DNA of 64,000 nucleotides, taken from NCBI GenBank assembly GCA_951406725.2, contig OX597837.1, forward strand, positions 27,156,001-27,220,000, read 5' to 3'. The stretch comes from Octopus vulgaris. Taxonomy: Eukaryota. Shown one piece after another: positions 12,639 to 26,177 of the stretch; within the stretch, counting starts at the first letter, position 1; every line of letters starts with the position of its first letter. The position numbers and the translations under genes were made by a program. The notes under the pieces were generated by a model. It saw only the letters and a list, made by a program, of their open reading frames with translations, was not told the origin of the DNA and did not search any database.

Positions 12639-13050
12639 GGCACAGGAGTGGCTGTGTGGTAAGTAGCTTGCTAACCAACCACATGGTTGCGGGTTCAGTC
12701 CCACTGCGTGGCATCTTGGGCAAGTGCCTTCTGCTATAGCCCCGGGCCGACCAATGCCTCGTGAGTGGATTTGGTAGACGGAAACTGAAAGAAGCCTGTC
12801 ATATATATGTATATATATATATGTATGTGTGTGTATGTGTTTGAGTGTCTGTGTTTGTCCCCCTAGCATTGCTTGACAACCGATGCTGGTGTGTTTACAT
12901 CCCCGTCACTTAGCGGTTCGGCAAAAGAGACCGATAGAATAAGTACTGGGCTTACAAAGAATAAGTCCCGGGGTCGATTTGCTCGACTAAAAGGCAGTGC
13001 TCCAGCATGGCCACAGTCAAATGACTGAAACAAGTAAAAGAGTAAAGAGA
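12639..13050 (+). mobile_element. SINE family A full copy
   Basis: Head-to-tail match to the other family A copies. Confidence 0.9.
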
Positions 13051-13163
13051 GAGAGGAGAAAGTTACAGAAATCCCCCCCCCCTCTATGGCAAAGTCAGGA
13101 AAAGAAAATGTCACATCATCATCATCTATTAGGGTCCATCTTCCATATTGGCAGGACGATTAA

Positions 13164-13379
13164 CCCTTTAGTATTTAAACCGGCCATATCCGGCCAAAAT
13201 ATTTAATCTGTTTTATGTTCAAACTGACCAGATCCAGGCCCTCACACCTACCCTACAATGTTATTCTACATTAAGTAATTACACCATCAAGTTGAAGATA
13301 TGAGATAATGCATGATTAATTCAAATTAATGGGAATCAATAAGCATTATGTTTGATAGAATAATCTGAACACTAAAGGG
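13164..13379. mobile_element. piggyBac-type MITE family P1 (young subfamily)
   Basis: TTAA TSD, perfect CCCTTTAGT/ACTAAAGGG ends. Nearly identical to 33822-34040 and 40857-41075. Confidence 0.9.
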
Positions 13380-13557
13380 TTAAACAGGACCTGACAGGTT
13401 GGAGGACAGTGACAAACTCCAATGTCTTACTCATGCATGGTTTCTATCCTTGAATGACCTTCCAAATACCAACCACTTTAAATCATGTACTTGTTCCTTT
13501 TCCTTCTTGGCACCAGCACTAGTGAAGTTATCATGTCACCTGCAAGACTCCAAGGGT

Positions 13558-13830
13558 GGAGGCACATGGCCTAGTGGTTAGAGCAGCGGACCCGCAGTCG
13601 AGGGATCGCGGGTTCGAATCTCAGACCGGGCGATGTGTGTGTGTTTATGAGCGAAAGCACCTAAGCTCCACGCGTCTCCGACAGAAGGTAATGGCGAAAT
13701 TTCTGCTGACTCTTTCGCCACAACTTTCTCTCACTCTTTCCACCTGCATCTTGCAGCTCACCTGCGATGAACCGGCGTCCCATTCCAGGTGGGGAACCTA
13801 TACGCCAAGAAACCGGGAAACCGGCCCTCA
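13558..13830 (+). mobile_element. tRNA-derived SINE family C (head related to family D)
   Basis: tRNA-like head GGAGGCACATGGCCTAGTGGTTAGAGCAGCGGAC...GGGTTCGAATCTC followed by a non-tRNA body ending GAAACCGGGAAACCGGCCC. Confidence 0.78.
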
Positions 13831-14030
13831 TACTTATTGCAGCAGTTCTTCAGGTTCTTTAAAGCCCTGTAAAAGATCTCGGAAAGTTGGCCCCCAACCT
13901 TTTGTGATACCCTTAAAGCCAGGAACTTTCCAGTACCCACTCAGCTTACCAGCCCTGGTCAAACCGGACAACAGACATTAAACTTCACAACTTTTAAAAT
14001 TTGAATAGGTGTATGTGTATATATATATAT

Positions 14031-15207
14031 ATCATCATCATCATCGTTTAACGTCCGCTTTCCATGCTAGCATGGGTTGGACGGTTCAACTGGGGTCTGG
14101 GAAGCCAGAAGGCTGCACCAGGCCCAGTCTGGTCTGGCAGTGTTTCTACAGCTGGATGCCCTTCCTAATGCCAACTACTCCGTGAGTGTAGTGGGTGCTT
14201 TTTACGTGTTACCGGCACAGGTGCCAGACGAGGCTGGCAACGGCCACGATTGGATGGTGCTTTTTACATACCACCGGCACAGGGGCCAGGCCAGGCTGGC
14301 AATGGCCACGATCGGATGGTGCTTTTTATGTGCCACCGGCACGGAAGCCAGTCAGGGCGGCGCTGGCGGATGGTTCTCTTACGTGCCACCGTCATTGGTA
14401 TCACAGCTACAAATTCCACTGATGTTGATAGATTACGATTTTGATTTTGATTTTCACTTGCCTCAACAGGTCTTCACAAGTGGAGTTTTGTGTCCCAAGA
14501 AGGAAAGGAATGCATAAGTGGGCTGGCTACATCCCAAGTAGAGGTCACAGGATTATGGCTTCACCTGTCCTGTCGGGTCTGCTCACGCACGGCATACTTC
14601 CAATGGTCTCGGTCTCTCGTCATTTCCTCGGTGAGACCTAAAGTTCGAAGGTCGTGCTTCACGACCTCGTCCCAGGTTTTCCTCAACCACTAGGGTGTGG
14701 CACTTTTTCACACAACTATCTTCATCCATTCTCGCCACATGACCATACCAGCGCAATCGTCTCTCTTGCACACCACAACTGATGCTTCTTAGGTCCAACT
14801 TTTCTCTCAAAGTACTTACACTCTGTCGAGTATGAACACTGACATTACACATCCATCGGAGCACACTGGCTTCATTTCTTGTGAGCTTACGCATATCCTC
14901 AGCAGTCACAGCCCATGTTTCACTGTCGTGTAGCATGGCTGTTCGTACACATGCGTCATACAATCTGCCTTTTACTCTGAGCGAGAGGCCTTTTGTCACC
15001 AGCAGAGGTAAAAGCTCTCTGAACTTTGCCCAGGCTATTCTTACTCTAGCAGTTACGCCTTCAGCACACCCGCCCCCGCTACTGACTTGGTCACCTAGGT
15101 AACGGAAGCTATCAACTATTTCTAGTTTTTCTCCCTGGAATGTAGCGGAAGATGGTCTCTGCGTATTTTCAGTGTTTACTGCTCCTGAGCATCTGCCACA
15201 CACAAAA
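14031..15207 (-). mobile_element. 5'-truncated RTE-clade LINE: C-terminal part of the RT ORF, repeat-containing 3' UTR and (GAT)n tail
   Basis: ORF 14583..15203 has LEIVDSFRYLGD, RVRIAWAKFREL, KGRLYDACVRTAML..SETW and ERRLRWYGHVARM. The 3' UTR has ~50-bp GTGCCGGTGGCACGTAAAAAGCAC repeats and an AAACGATGATGATG tail. Confidence 0.9.
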
Positions 15208-15213
15208 AACTAT

Positions 15214-15272
<59 letters not shown>

Positions 15273-15419
15273 TTATACACATGTGTGAGTGTATATATGT
15301 ATTGTGACTTAGTGTCTCTCCCCCACCACCACTTGATGTGTTGCTGTGTTTATGTTCACATAACTTAGCAGTTTGGTAAAAGAGACCAATAAAAAAACTT
15401 CCTGGACCCCTTTGTATAT

Positions 15420-15632
15420 TCATTTACATATTTCAGTCATTTGACTGTGACCATGATTGAGCACCACTTTAAAGGTTTTAGTCAAAATAATCGACCCCAA
15501 GACTTATTCTTTGTAAGCCCAGTACTTATTGTATCCGTCACTTTTGCCGAACCATCAAGTTACGAGGACATAAACACACCATCGGTTGTCAAGCGATGGT
15601 GGAAGGACAAACACAGACACAAAAACACACAA

Positions 15633-15677
<45 letters not shown>

Positions 15678-15848
15678 TACACACAATGGGTTTCTTTCCT
15701 TTTCTGTCTACCAAATTCACTCACAAGGCTTTGGTCGGCCCAAGGCTATAGCTGGAGACACTTGCCTAAGGGACCATGCAGTGGGACTGAACTCAGAACC
15801 ATGAAGTTTGAAAGTAAGTTTCCTACCACACAGCCATGCCTGCACCTA
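15420..15848 (-). mobile_element. SINE family A, older diverged copy
   Basis: Reverse-complement match to family A with many substitutions. Confidence 0.8.
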
Positions 15849-16430
15849 TACTAATTGCTGATGCATTATTTGAGCACCAAATATCATGGTGTTCACCTGG
15901 AGAGGTCCTCTCATATAGACATAAGTACAAAAAGCACAGCCATATCAGAGCAGATGAAAACAGTCTGGTATGGGTGCCAGCTATTTTCTAACACCAGTGA
16001 CTGAAAATCCATTGTTATTCTATATTTCATTGGCAATGAGATTTGCCTGGAAGCATGCCACTGAGAAAGCACAGCATACTGAATTCATGTGACCTGGCAG
16101 AGGTGTCCATACCAGTAATTTTTGCTGCCTACAATATATGTTTATACTTTTAGCACCATACGTTGACATAAGAGGACCTCTGAAGGCAAAGGCCACAGTA
16201 TTCCATACTCAATTAAAACCAATGTTTAGCAGGGTATAAAAGCTTGCATTTTGCTATCAATACTGTGTCCGTCACTAATATTTATTTTATAATATATATA
16301 TGTGGAGTGGTTGGTGTTAGGAAGGGCATTCAGCCATAAAATCCATGCCAAAATAGACACAGAAGCATGGCACAGGCTCCTGTCAAACAGTCCAACACAT
16401 GCCAGCATGGAAGGAGAACACAAAATGATG

Positions 16431-16468
<38 letters not shown>

Positions 16469-16471
<3 letters not shown>

Positions 16472-16752
16472 TCATCATGATCGTTTAACGTCCGTTTTCC
16501 ATGCTAGCATGGGTTGGACGGTTCGACCAAGGTCTGGAAGCCAGGAGGCTGTACCAGGCTCCAGTCTGATCTGGCGGTGTTTCTACAGCTGGATGTCCTT
16601 CCTAACGCCAACCACTCCGTGAGTGTAGTGGGTGCCTTTTACATGCCACCGGAGGCTGGCAACGACCACAATCAATTGGTGCTTTTTACGTGCCACCTGC
16701 ATGGAAACCAGTCAAAGTGGTGCTGGCATCAGCCACATTCAGATGGTGCTTT
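16469..16752 (-). mobile_element. RTE LINE 3' end
   Basis: Matches the 3' UTR and tail of 14031-14400; embedded in (TA)n. Confidence 0.85.
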
Positions 16753-17989
16753 TATATATATATATATATATATATAATACACACACACACAAGTGAGTGC
16801 TGAAAAGTTTCCAGCCTTAAGGGTAACACAAAAGGCCTGGTTGAATGCCCAAACTTCTGAGTACTTTCACAAGGACAACCACACGGCTCTTATGGCTGAA
16901 GGAAGGTAGTGATGGGGTCAGTGGTGACTCATGTATAGGCTCTGCGGAACTGCATCACCCCCTATTTCCACTTGATATTATCAATGACATTCAATATAAT
17001 GACTCCTTTTTTTTTTTATATAATTCTTTCTTTACACTTGTACATTATATAATCCTTAAACTTAATGCCAGTAGCCATCCCCTAGTTTATGACAAAAATA
17101 AGAAAATCCTTGTATAGAACTGTGCGCTTTCACAGTTCCAGTGACACGGTGTTTCGCTGTTGTGTGCATGCTCACATGCCTGAGATAGGAAGCTTCACAC
17201 TAGGGAGAGAGAACACTTGTTCATGCAGTGCTTGTGAAAGGTAGGGCTTCTTTTTCACTGTGCATGTTGTGCTTAAAACTGTGTTTATATTCTTGAATGT
17301 GATAAAGTATAGAATTAGATTATTATCCTGCTTCCAGCTTCAGTGTTACTGCAAGGATTTGAAAAACAGGGAATATATATTCCCCCTTGTTTTGTGATTT
17401 AGGGAGGAGGATTTTTGAAAAACAAGTGGGAATTCGGAGCGGTGTTCAGTGAACAAATTAAACACACTACCCGGCAGTGGTGAAAACGCGAACCGATCAA
17501 GTTTATGAATAAACTTTCTTTTTATATGTCTGTTTCATTTTACACAATATTGAAACAATGGTTAAAAATTTTCTGAAGCAACACCCCAACAAATTTTATC
17601 TTTGAGCCAACACTGGATGGGGTTTTAGAGCAAACTCTCAAGGAGCAAGAAGGTGAACATAAGGAAAGATAAAAACAGAGGTGGGTCACAGTGTGCATGG
17701 CTGTTTCCATAGGGGTCTGAGATGAAAGTAAACAGGTGAAGGTAGAGGTCAATATAGTGAGTGATGAGCAGGAGTTGGAGTGGCTCAGGAAGGAGAAACA
17801 GGGCAGAAGGAATGGGCAAGGTGTAGGAGCTGTGGAGTGTGAGGCATAGGGGAGCAAATATGGGGCTCTATTAGGTAGGTGGGTCATGATGGTGGATTTG
17901 GGACGTTAAATGATGATTTGCATATTTCTCTACATACATATATGTATACACACACATGCACATGTATGTATATTTAATGAGTTGGGAAA

Positions 17990-20050
17990 CTAGATAGACA
18001 TCCAGAGAGAGGGACAGACAGTCAGACAGACAGAGAGGAATAGAGAGAGAGACAGACAGACAGACAGAGATATAAATTGAGATAGAGAGACAAACAGGGA
18101 GAGATAGACGGAGAGACAGGCGGATAGACAGACACACTGATGGATAGACAGACAGATTGACGGATAGACAGACAGATTGACAGATAGACAGACAGACAGA
18201 CTGACGATCAGACAGAGACTGATGGACAGATGGCTTAAGGAAAGGAGATAGATATGGATGAATGAAACAGACAATCAGATTGATGAATGAGTAGATAGAT
18301 TGATGGACAGATGGATGGATGGATGGATGGATAGGTAGGTAGGTAGATTAGTATGTAAGTGGATTGGTAGGTAGGTAAATAGGTAGATAGGTAGATTGGT
18401 AGGTAGGTAGGTAGATGGAAATGTAGCTGAGCAGATGGATGGATGGAGATAGGGAGATAGATGGATGGTTAAGTAGGGAGAGATAGGTAGATGGATGAAT
18501 GGACAGATGGACGGACGGATGGACAGATGGACAGACGGATAGACATATGGATAGACAGACAGATAGACAGACAGACGGACAGACAGATGGATAGACAGAC
18601 AGATGGATAGACAGACAGACGGATAGACAGACAGACGGATAGACAGAGAGATAGACAGATGGATAGATAGATAGATAGATAGACAGATAAGTAGGTAGAT
18701 AGATAGGTAGATAGATAGATAGACAGACAGACAGATAGATAGATAGACAGATAGATAGACAGATAAGTAGGTAGATAGACTGGCAGACGGAGAGATAGGT
18801 AGGTAGATAGATAGATGGATGGACGGACAGACGGATGGATAGATAGGTAGATAAGGAGATAGAGTGAGATCAAAAAAGAGGGAGATAAAAAAGAGGGATA
18901 TAGAAAAAGTGGGATATAGAGAGAGAGATAGAGAAAGAGATAGATAGAAAGATGGGGAGCTGGCAGAAATGTTAGCACACCGGGCGAAATGCTTATCAGT
19001 ATTTCGTCTGCCATTATGTTCTGAGTTCAAATTCCACCAAGGTCAACTTTGCCTTTCATCCTTTCGGGATCGATTAAATAAGTACCAGTTACACACTGGG
19101 GTCGATATATTCGACTTAATCCTTTTGTCTGTCCTTGTTTGTCCCTTCTGTGTGTAGTCCCTTGTGGGCAGTAAAGAAATGAGATAGAGATAGATAGAAA
19201 GGGAGAGAAAGATAGAAAGAGAGAAAAATAGAAAGAGAGAAAGAGATAGAGAAAGAGAGAGAGAGGTAGAAAGAAAGAGATGCAGAGATAAAGGGAAAGA
19301 AAGAGAAAGAGAGAAAGAAAGAGATACAGAGAGATGGGTAGATGGATAGATAGATAGACGGATAGATGGTTAGACAGATAGATGGTTAGACAGATAGATA
19401 GATAGACTGATAGATAGATGGTTAGATGGATAGATAGATGGTTAGATGGATAGATAGATGGTTAGATGGATAGATAGATAAATGGATAGACAGATAGATA
19501 GATAGATGGTTAGACGGATAAATAGATGGATAGACAGATAGATAGATAGATGGATACACGGATAGATAGATGGTTAGACGGATAAATAAATGGATAGACA
19601 GATAGATAGATAGATGGTTAGATGGATAGATAGATAGATGGATAGACAGATAGATGGATAGATAGATAGATCAGTAGGCGGATAGATAGATAGATAGATA
19701 GATAGATAGAGAGATGGATAGAGAGATAGGTAGATGGATAGACGGATAGATAGATGGATAGACAGATAGATAGATGGATAGACAGATAGATAGATGGATA
19801 GACAGATAGATAGATAGATGGATAGACAGATAGATAGATGGATAGATAGATAAATGGATAGATAGATAGATGGATAGATAGATAGATAGATGGATGGATG
19901 GATGGATGGATGGATGGATAGAGAGAGAGATAGGTAGATAGATGGTTAGATGGATAGATAGATGGGTAGATGGATAGATAGATGGGTAGACGGATAGATC
20001 AATGGGTAGATGGATAGAACGATGGGTAGATGGATAGACAAATGGATAAA
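17990..20050. repeat. Long compound (GATA/GACA/GATG)n microsatellite block interrupted by a SINE family B copy (18953-19180)
   Basis: Seen directly. Confidence 0.95.
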
Positions 20051-20799
20051 TATGCATGTGATAATGTGAAAGTGAAATGAATGCATGTGTGAGTGCGCGT
20101 GTATGAGCATGCATTTGTACTATTTATACTACGGAAAAGTATATAAGAAAGAAAGAAAGAAAGAGTAGAGGCGTGTAAACCCCAAGGAAACAACAACAAC
20201 AGCACAAAAAAAATAAATATTTAAGGGGAACGTTTGTATAATGACCTGTTCTACTTCGCAAAGAAGCTGTCCTGCAAATATCATCACTGCGATGAAGACT
20301 TGTGACTGGTACGGAGCAGTACAGCACCGGCGACTGTGGAGGAGGCTCGCGAGCGAATGAATCTCTCGATATCCGCACCGAGTGCACAACTACACCAGAG
20401 GAAAGGGGACGGCTTTATTGAACAGAAAAGGAACTAAGAACAACACAGACACACAAGCACGTAGTAGTAGTAGTAACAGTGGTAGTAGTAGTAGTCCTTT
20501 CCTGAGATCACCTTTGACCAAGCAGCAAAACCCCGTCATGATCCAGTGCACAGCAGTCATTGACATCCAGTCCCCCTTTTTTTTTTATTTTTTTTTTTTA
20601 TTTTTAAGGGTTTACACAAACAGCTACGTTAGCTAGCCTGTGCCTGCTCCCTCCCTCCCCCCACCCTGTCCCCTTTTCTTTACTTAATACAATAATGAGG
20701 GAGATTTAGCTGCTATCTCTAACTAGATAAGTGGCCACGGAGAGTGGGGGTTGGGTGGGAGGCCCTCACTTGTTGGCTCATATCTTAAAGTAATTAATG

Positions 20800-20938
20800 T
20801 AGTAGTAGTAGTGATAGTAGTGGCAGTAGTAGTGGTGGTAGTAGTAGTAGTAGTAATGACAATAGTGGTGGTGGTGATAGTAGTAGTAGTAGTAATGACA
20901 ATAGTGGTGGTGGTGGTGGTAGTAGTAGTAGTAGCAGC

Positions 20939-20979
<41 letters not shown>

Positions 20980-20990
20980 CAGTTGTAACA
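20800..20990. repeat. (TAG/TGG)n trinucleotide microsatellite
   Basis: Seen directly. Confidence 0.95.
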
Positions 20991-21179
20991 GTAGCAAGAA
21001 CAGCAATAAGCAAGAAAAATTTTGCAAGCTCAGTCGAATCCGATGAGGTGAGAGAGAGAATGTGGAGGACGATGCGGGTAGGTGGGACGATGAAAGGAGA
21101 GGAAGGTGGAAGAGGAAGGAAGGAAGGAAGAAGGGAAGTAAGGGTACCACCAATCACAGCGTAAAAGTTGTAAACCAAA

Positions 21180-21567
21180 TGTGCATCGTGTGTACATGTG
21201 TGTATGTACGTATGTACATGTTTGAATGTGTGTGTATCTGTATGCGTGCATATGTACACGTGTGTGTGTGGTGTGTACGTCTGTGTGTGTGTGTGTGTGT
21301 GTGTACATCTGTGTGTAGGCGTGTGTGTGTGTGTGTACATCTGTGTGTAGGTGTGTGTGTGTGTACATCTGTGTGTAGGCGTGTGTGTGTGTGTACGTAT
21401 GAACATGTGTTTGAATGTGTGTGTGTATATGTGTATGCGTGCATGTGTGTGTGTGTGTGTGTGTGTGTACGCCTGTGTGTGTATGTGTGTCTGTGTGTGT
21501 GTACGTCTGTGTGTAAGTGTGTGTAGGTGTATGTGTGTGTGTGTGTACGTATGAACATGTGTTTGAA

Positions 21568-21600
<33 letters not shown>

Positions 21601-21744
21601 ATGCGTGCATGTGTAACTGTGTGTGTACGTCTGTGTGTAAGTGGGTGTAGGTGTGTGTGTGTACGTATGAACATGTGTTTGAATGTGTGTGTGTATATGT
21701 GTATGCGTGCATGTGTAAGTGTGTGTGTGTGTGTATACGCCTGT

Positions 21745-21775
<31 letters not shown>

Positions 21776-21780
21776 CATGT
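21180..21780. repeat. (TG)n-rich satellite with a higher-order unit (GTACGTATGAACATGTGTTTGAATG...)
   Basis: The motif recurs about four times within TG tracts. Confidence 0.88.
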
Positions 21781-22500
21781 GTAGCCGAGCAAGTGAAGAA
21801 AGGAAACCAAGCAAATTGACAAGCTGCAAAGTCTGTCGCCCCCCCCCCACCGCCCCCTCACTACTCATTCCATTCTTGAAAGACAAAAATAAGAGGAGAG
21901 AGAAAGAGAGAGGAGAGGAGAGGAAGGGGAGGAGGAGGATAGCGAGAGTTTACTTTACTACCTCTATGGCCACAAACACCCACCCACCGCCCACCACCAT
22001 GTGCTGAGTTTCCAAATCAGTCAGCTAGAAAAACAGCCAACCACATCCCCCGTTTCCCGAAACGATGGTGCATTGAAAGAGTGGAGAGCGAGAGAGAGAG
22101 AGAGAGAGAGTGTGTGTGTGTGCGCGCGCGCACATTCATCACTAGATGACTCAGAGCGTCACACTCGCAGCACTCCAAACCAGACCACCACCACCACCAC
22201 CATCACCAACCATCCCCTCCACCGTCCTTCCTCCATCGCAAACCCATAGCTTGCCATCTTTCTTTCTTTCTTTCTTTCTTCCCTTCTTTCTTTCTTTATC
22301 ATTTCACCCCCACCCCCCACCCCCACCCACTCCACTCACCCCAGTTTCTGTTCCAACAGTGCAACAGCTACTAACCCCCCCACCCCCACCACCAACTAAA
22401 ACAACAACAAACAAACACTGATCTTTATGGAATAACTCCACTGATGAGACAGAGACAGACAGACAGACGGGGAAGCAGCTACGTGGTTTGTTCAGCAGGC
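21780..22500. promoter_or_regulatory. Candidate intronic promoter/enhancer region
   Basis: Unique sequence retaining CpGs, (GA)n-(GT)n-(GC)n run, AP-1 consensus TGACTCA at 22147-22153 with adjacent CGTCA half-site. Motif-level evidence only. Confidence 0.3.
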
Positions 22501-22686
22501 TAGACATAGCAGTTAAAAAAAAATGTCTTCCTATTATATCTTCATAAATAAATGGAAAAACACCATATCAGATAATGTGGTCAGAACTGTTACAATGTCT
22601 GAAAATAAGATGGAATGGCCATGGTTGGAATGCTGTTAGCCACCGAGGACTAAGTTGGGAATCAAAATAACAACATCAAAATGATT

Positions 22687-22721
<35 letters not shown>

Positions 22722-23169
22722 TGAATGTTTAAAAATATATACACCTACTGTAGAGATTGATTCAATTTTATATACAGCAACGGAAGAGAGGAAGAGAGAA
22801 GAGCAAGGGGAAACAAAGAAAGAAAGAAGTGAGAGCTGTTGGGTGGGAGAGGAAGGGGGCAATAAGAGGGTGTAAGGAAGGAAAAGGAGAGTAGGAAGTG
22901 TTGAGATAGGAGAGTAAGGGGAGATGGAGAGTAAAATCAGGAGAGGGAGAGCACAAGCAGGAAAGGAAGCAAGGGAGGAAACAGCGATGAGGAGGGGGGG
23001 GAAAAAGGCGAAGGAAGGAGATTAGTTGAGAGATGAAGGAGAATAAACGAGGAAGGAAAAATAAAATGAAAAATAAAATCAATGAAAGAAGTGAAAAATA
23101 AACAAGAACAAAATGAAGGAAGAGGACAAGAAAATGTATGTACGTGTGTGTGTGTATATATATATATAT

Positions 23170-23914
23170 TCTTTTATTTGTTTCAGCCATTTGATTGCGG
23201 CCATGCTGGAGCACCGCTTTTAGTCGAACAAATTGACCCCCACCCAAGACTTATTCTTTGTAAGCCCAGTACTTATTCTATCAGCTGTCAAGCAATGGTG
23301 GAGGGACAAACACAGACACACAGACACACATGCACATATACGACAGGCTTCTTTCAGTTTCCGTCTACCAAATCCACTCATAAAGCTTTGGTCAGCCCAA
23401 GGCTATAGAAGAAACTTTCCCAAGGTGCCACGCAGTGGGACTGAACCCGGAACCATGTGGTTGGGAAGCAAGCTTCTTACCACATGTGTGTGTGTGTATA
23501 TACTCTTTTTTACTCTTTTACATGTTCCAGTCATTTGACTGCGGCCATTCTGGGGCACCGCCTTTAGTCGAGCAAATCAACCCCAGGACTTATCCTTTGT
23601 AAGCCTAGTACTTATGCTATCGGTCTCTTTTGCCAAACCGCTAAGTGACGGGGACGTAAACACACCAGCATCGGTTGTCAAGCAATGCTAGAGGGACAAA
23701 CACAGACACACAAACATATACACACACATACATATATATATATACATATATACGACAGGCTTCTTTCAGTTTCCGTCTACCAAATCCTCTCACAAGGCTT
23801 TGGTTGGCCTGAGGCTATAGCAGAAGACACTTGCCCAAGATCCACGCAGTGGGAGTGAACCCGGAACCATGTGGTTGGTTAGCAAGCTACTTACCACACA
23901 GCCACTCCTGCGCC

Positions 23915-23915
<1 letters not shown>
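23170..23915 (-). mobile_element. Two tandem SINE family A copies
   Basis: Reverse-complement matches at 23170-23483 (deleted) and 23505-23915 (full). Confidence 0.88.
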
Positions 23916-23946
<31 letters not shown>

Positions 23947-24944
23947 CACACACATGAAAGAGTGGACAAATGAGAGAAAAGACATTTGACACATTTAGGA
24001 GTTACACACAGCATTATTTAAAACAGTTGATTCTGCCCCATGCAACTTAAAGTTTTGTGAGCTCCTAGTTCCAATAATTAAAGGCCGAAAGAGATGGCTT
24101 TCTCCTAGAAGCCCACGGAACTTTTAGACACATGGAACCAAATCAAACTATTTTAAATAATAATCCTTCTACTATAGGTACAAGGCCTGAAATTGGTGGT
24201 GGGGGGGGGAGGTATCGATTATATCAGCCCCAGTGCTCCACTGGTATTTATTTCATCGACCCCAAAAGGATGAAAGGCAAATTCGACCTCGGTGGGATTT
24301 GAACTCAGAACATAAAGACAGACGAAATGCCACCAACAATTCTGTCAGCTCACCATCTTCATAATAATAATAATAATAATAATAATAATATATCCCCTGC
24401 ATCCCGCTTCAGCTGAGTGATCCTAATCTTGCGGGTTCATGGGTGCTGGTCCCACATAAAAAGCACCTGCGCTGATGCTGCATGAAAGTACCCAATACAC
24501 TAAGTGGTGACCATTAGACCCATCCAATTCTTTCCGAATCCTCTGTACTGTCCTCAGATTAACACCCAAACACTCTGAAATGTTCGCACTGGAGCTTCCG
24601 GTGTGAATGCCAGGCTGTACAGCATGTTTCCAAATTTCTGCTAGAATTGCGTCATGGTGCTGTTTCTCTCACAGATGATGCTCACCTGACCCTACTATAT
24701 GGTGTAGTCAACGAAACCAAAAGCAAACACTGCCCATGCACAAAATTGAAGATATAAAATGGTGACAATTTACCCATTGCAGCGTATATCTATATATGAT
24801 CAGCTTCTTTCAGTTTCCGTCTACCAAATCCACTCACAAGGCTTTGGTTGGTCTGAGGCTATAGTAGAAGACACTTACTCAAGGTGCCATATAATGGGAC
24901 TGAACCCAGAATTATGTAGTCGGGAAGCAAACTTCTCACAGCCA

Positions 24945-25200
24945 CTGTGTCGGTGGCACATAAAAAGCACCAACCGATCGTGGCCGTTGCCAGCCTCCCC
25001 TGGCACCTGTGCCGGTGGCATGTTAAAAGCACCCACTACACTTACGGAGTGGTTGGCGTTAGGAAGGGCATCCAGTTGTAGAAACACTGCCAGATCAGAC
25101 TGGAGCCTGGTGCAGCCTCCTGGCTTCCCAGACCCTGGTCGAACTGTCCAACCCATGCTAGCATGGAAAACGGATGTTAAACGATGATCATGATGATAAT
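24945..25200 (+). mobile_element. RTE LINE 3' end
   Basis: GGTTGGCGTTAGGAAGGGCATCCAG motif and AAACGATGAT tail. Confidence 0.85.
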
Positions 25201-26177
25201 AATAATGATATATACACACACACACACACCTACACGTATGTTTGCTAGAATCATTAAAATAGGTAATAGTCACATACTGATGGTCGTGGTGATGTGCTGG
25301 GACAATGATTCAAAGAACATCGGCCACTGCTCTTTTAATGTGTGGCCTAGTGCCAATGCAGGCGATCTATAATTTAAGGGGGAGATAAATCTTTCTTCGA
25401 ATGTTCTGTGCAAGTCGAGCAGTGTGACATATAGTAAGATTGCTGGTTGTTCATATAAATCGATGGCAGATCAATAGCGAGAGATGAGAGATTGAAATAG
25501 CTATTGATATTACGACGAATGTTAACAGAATTCTCTTTGATCACTTTTGTTGTTTTATTGCAAAGCATCAAAGACTAACGCACAGTTTGGTAGAAATGGG
25601 GGAAAAAAATACAAAATTTTTTTTTTCTTTTTTTTCAAATTTAAACTAAAGACCTTTTGCAATTTAGACATAGTGTCAACCAATGTAACAGTTGGCAAGA
25701 GAACAGCTCTATATAACAATAATCAATAAAATATATACACAGACATATACACACACACATACACAAACGCAGAGGAGGCAATGTGAAGAGGTAGAAACAA
25801 GTTTCTGAGAAAACAGACATAATGGTATGATGGTGGTGATTATGATGGTTTGATGATGGTAGTGGTGATGATGATGACATTCCACTAGATACAACAGTAA
25901 ACAACTAATGCAGTACCTGTCAAAAATGACAGGGTTTACTAGTCATCTTTCAGCAATTAGCTTTTACTTGTTTCAGTTATTTGATTGTGGCCATGCAGGG
26001 GCACCACCTCGAAGGGGTTTTAATTGAATAAATTGACCCTAGAATTAATTCTTCTTTTAAGCCTAGTACTTATTTTATCGGTCTCTTTTGCTGAACCGTT
26101 AAGTTACAGGGATATAAACACAAACACCAGTTGTCAAACAGTGGGGGAAGGCAAACACAGAAATACACACAGATTTA

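Noticed and set aside
13558-13632. tRNA gene-like sequences (also 37822-37895, 56775-56848)
   Set aside because: They have A/B boxes but no well-paired acceptor stem and run directly into SINE bodies; they are SINE heads, not tRNAs.
17135-17190. Minus-strand CGAAACACCGTGTC resembling a hammerhead 3' half
   Set aside because: No intact CUGAnGA core upstream (reads CAUGUGA) and stem I is poor.
24500-24785. Possible Tc1-like 5' end fragment (also a mariner-like TIR fragment near 16795)
   Set aside because: Only a vague resemblance; no partner TIR, TSD or readable transposase motif could be confirmed by eye.
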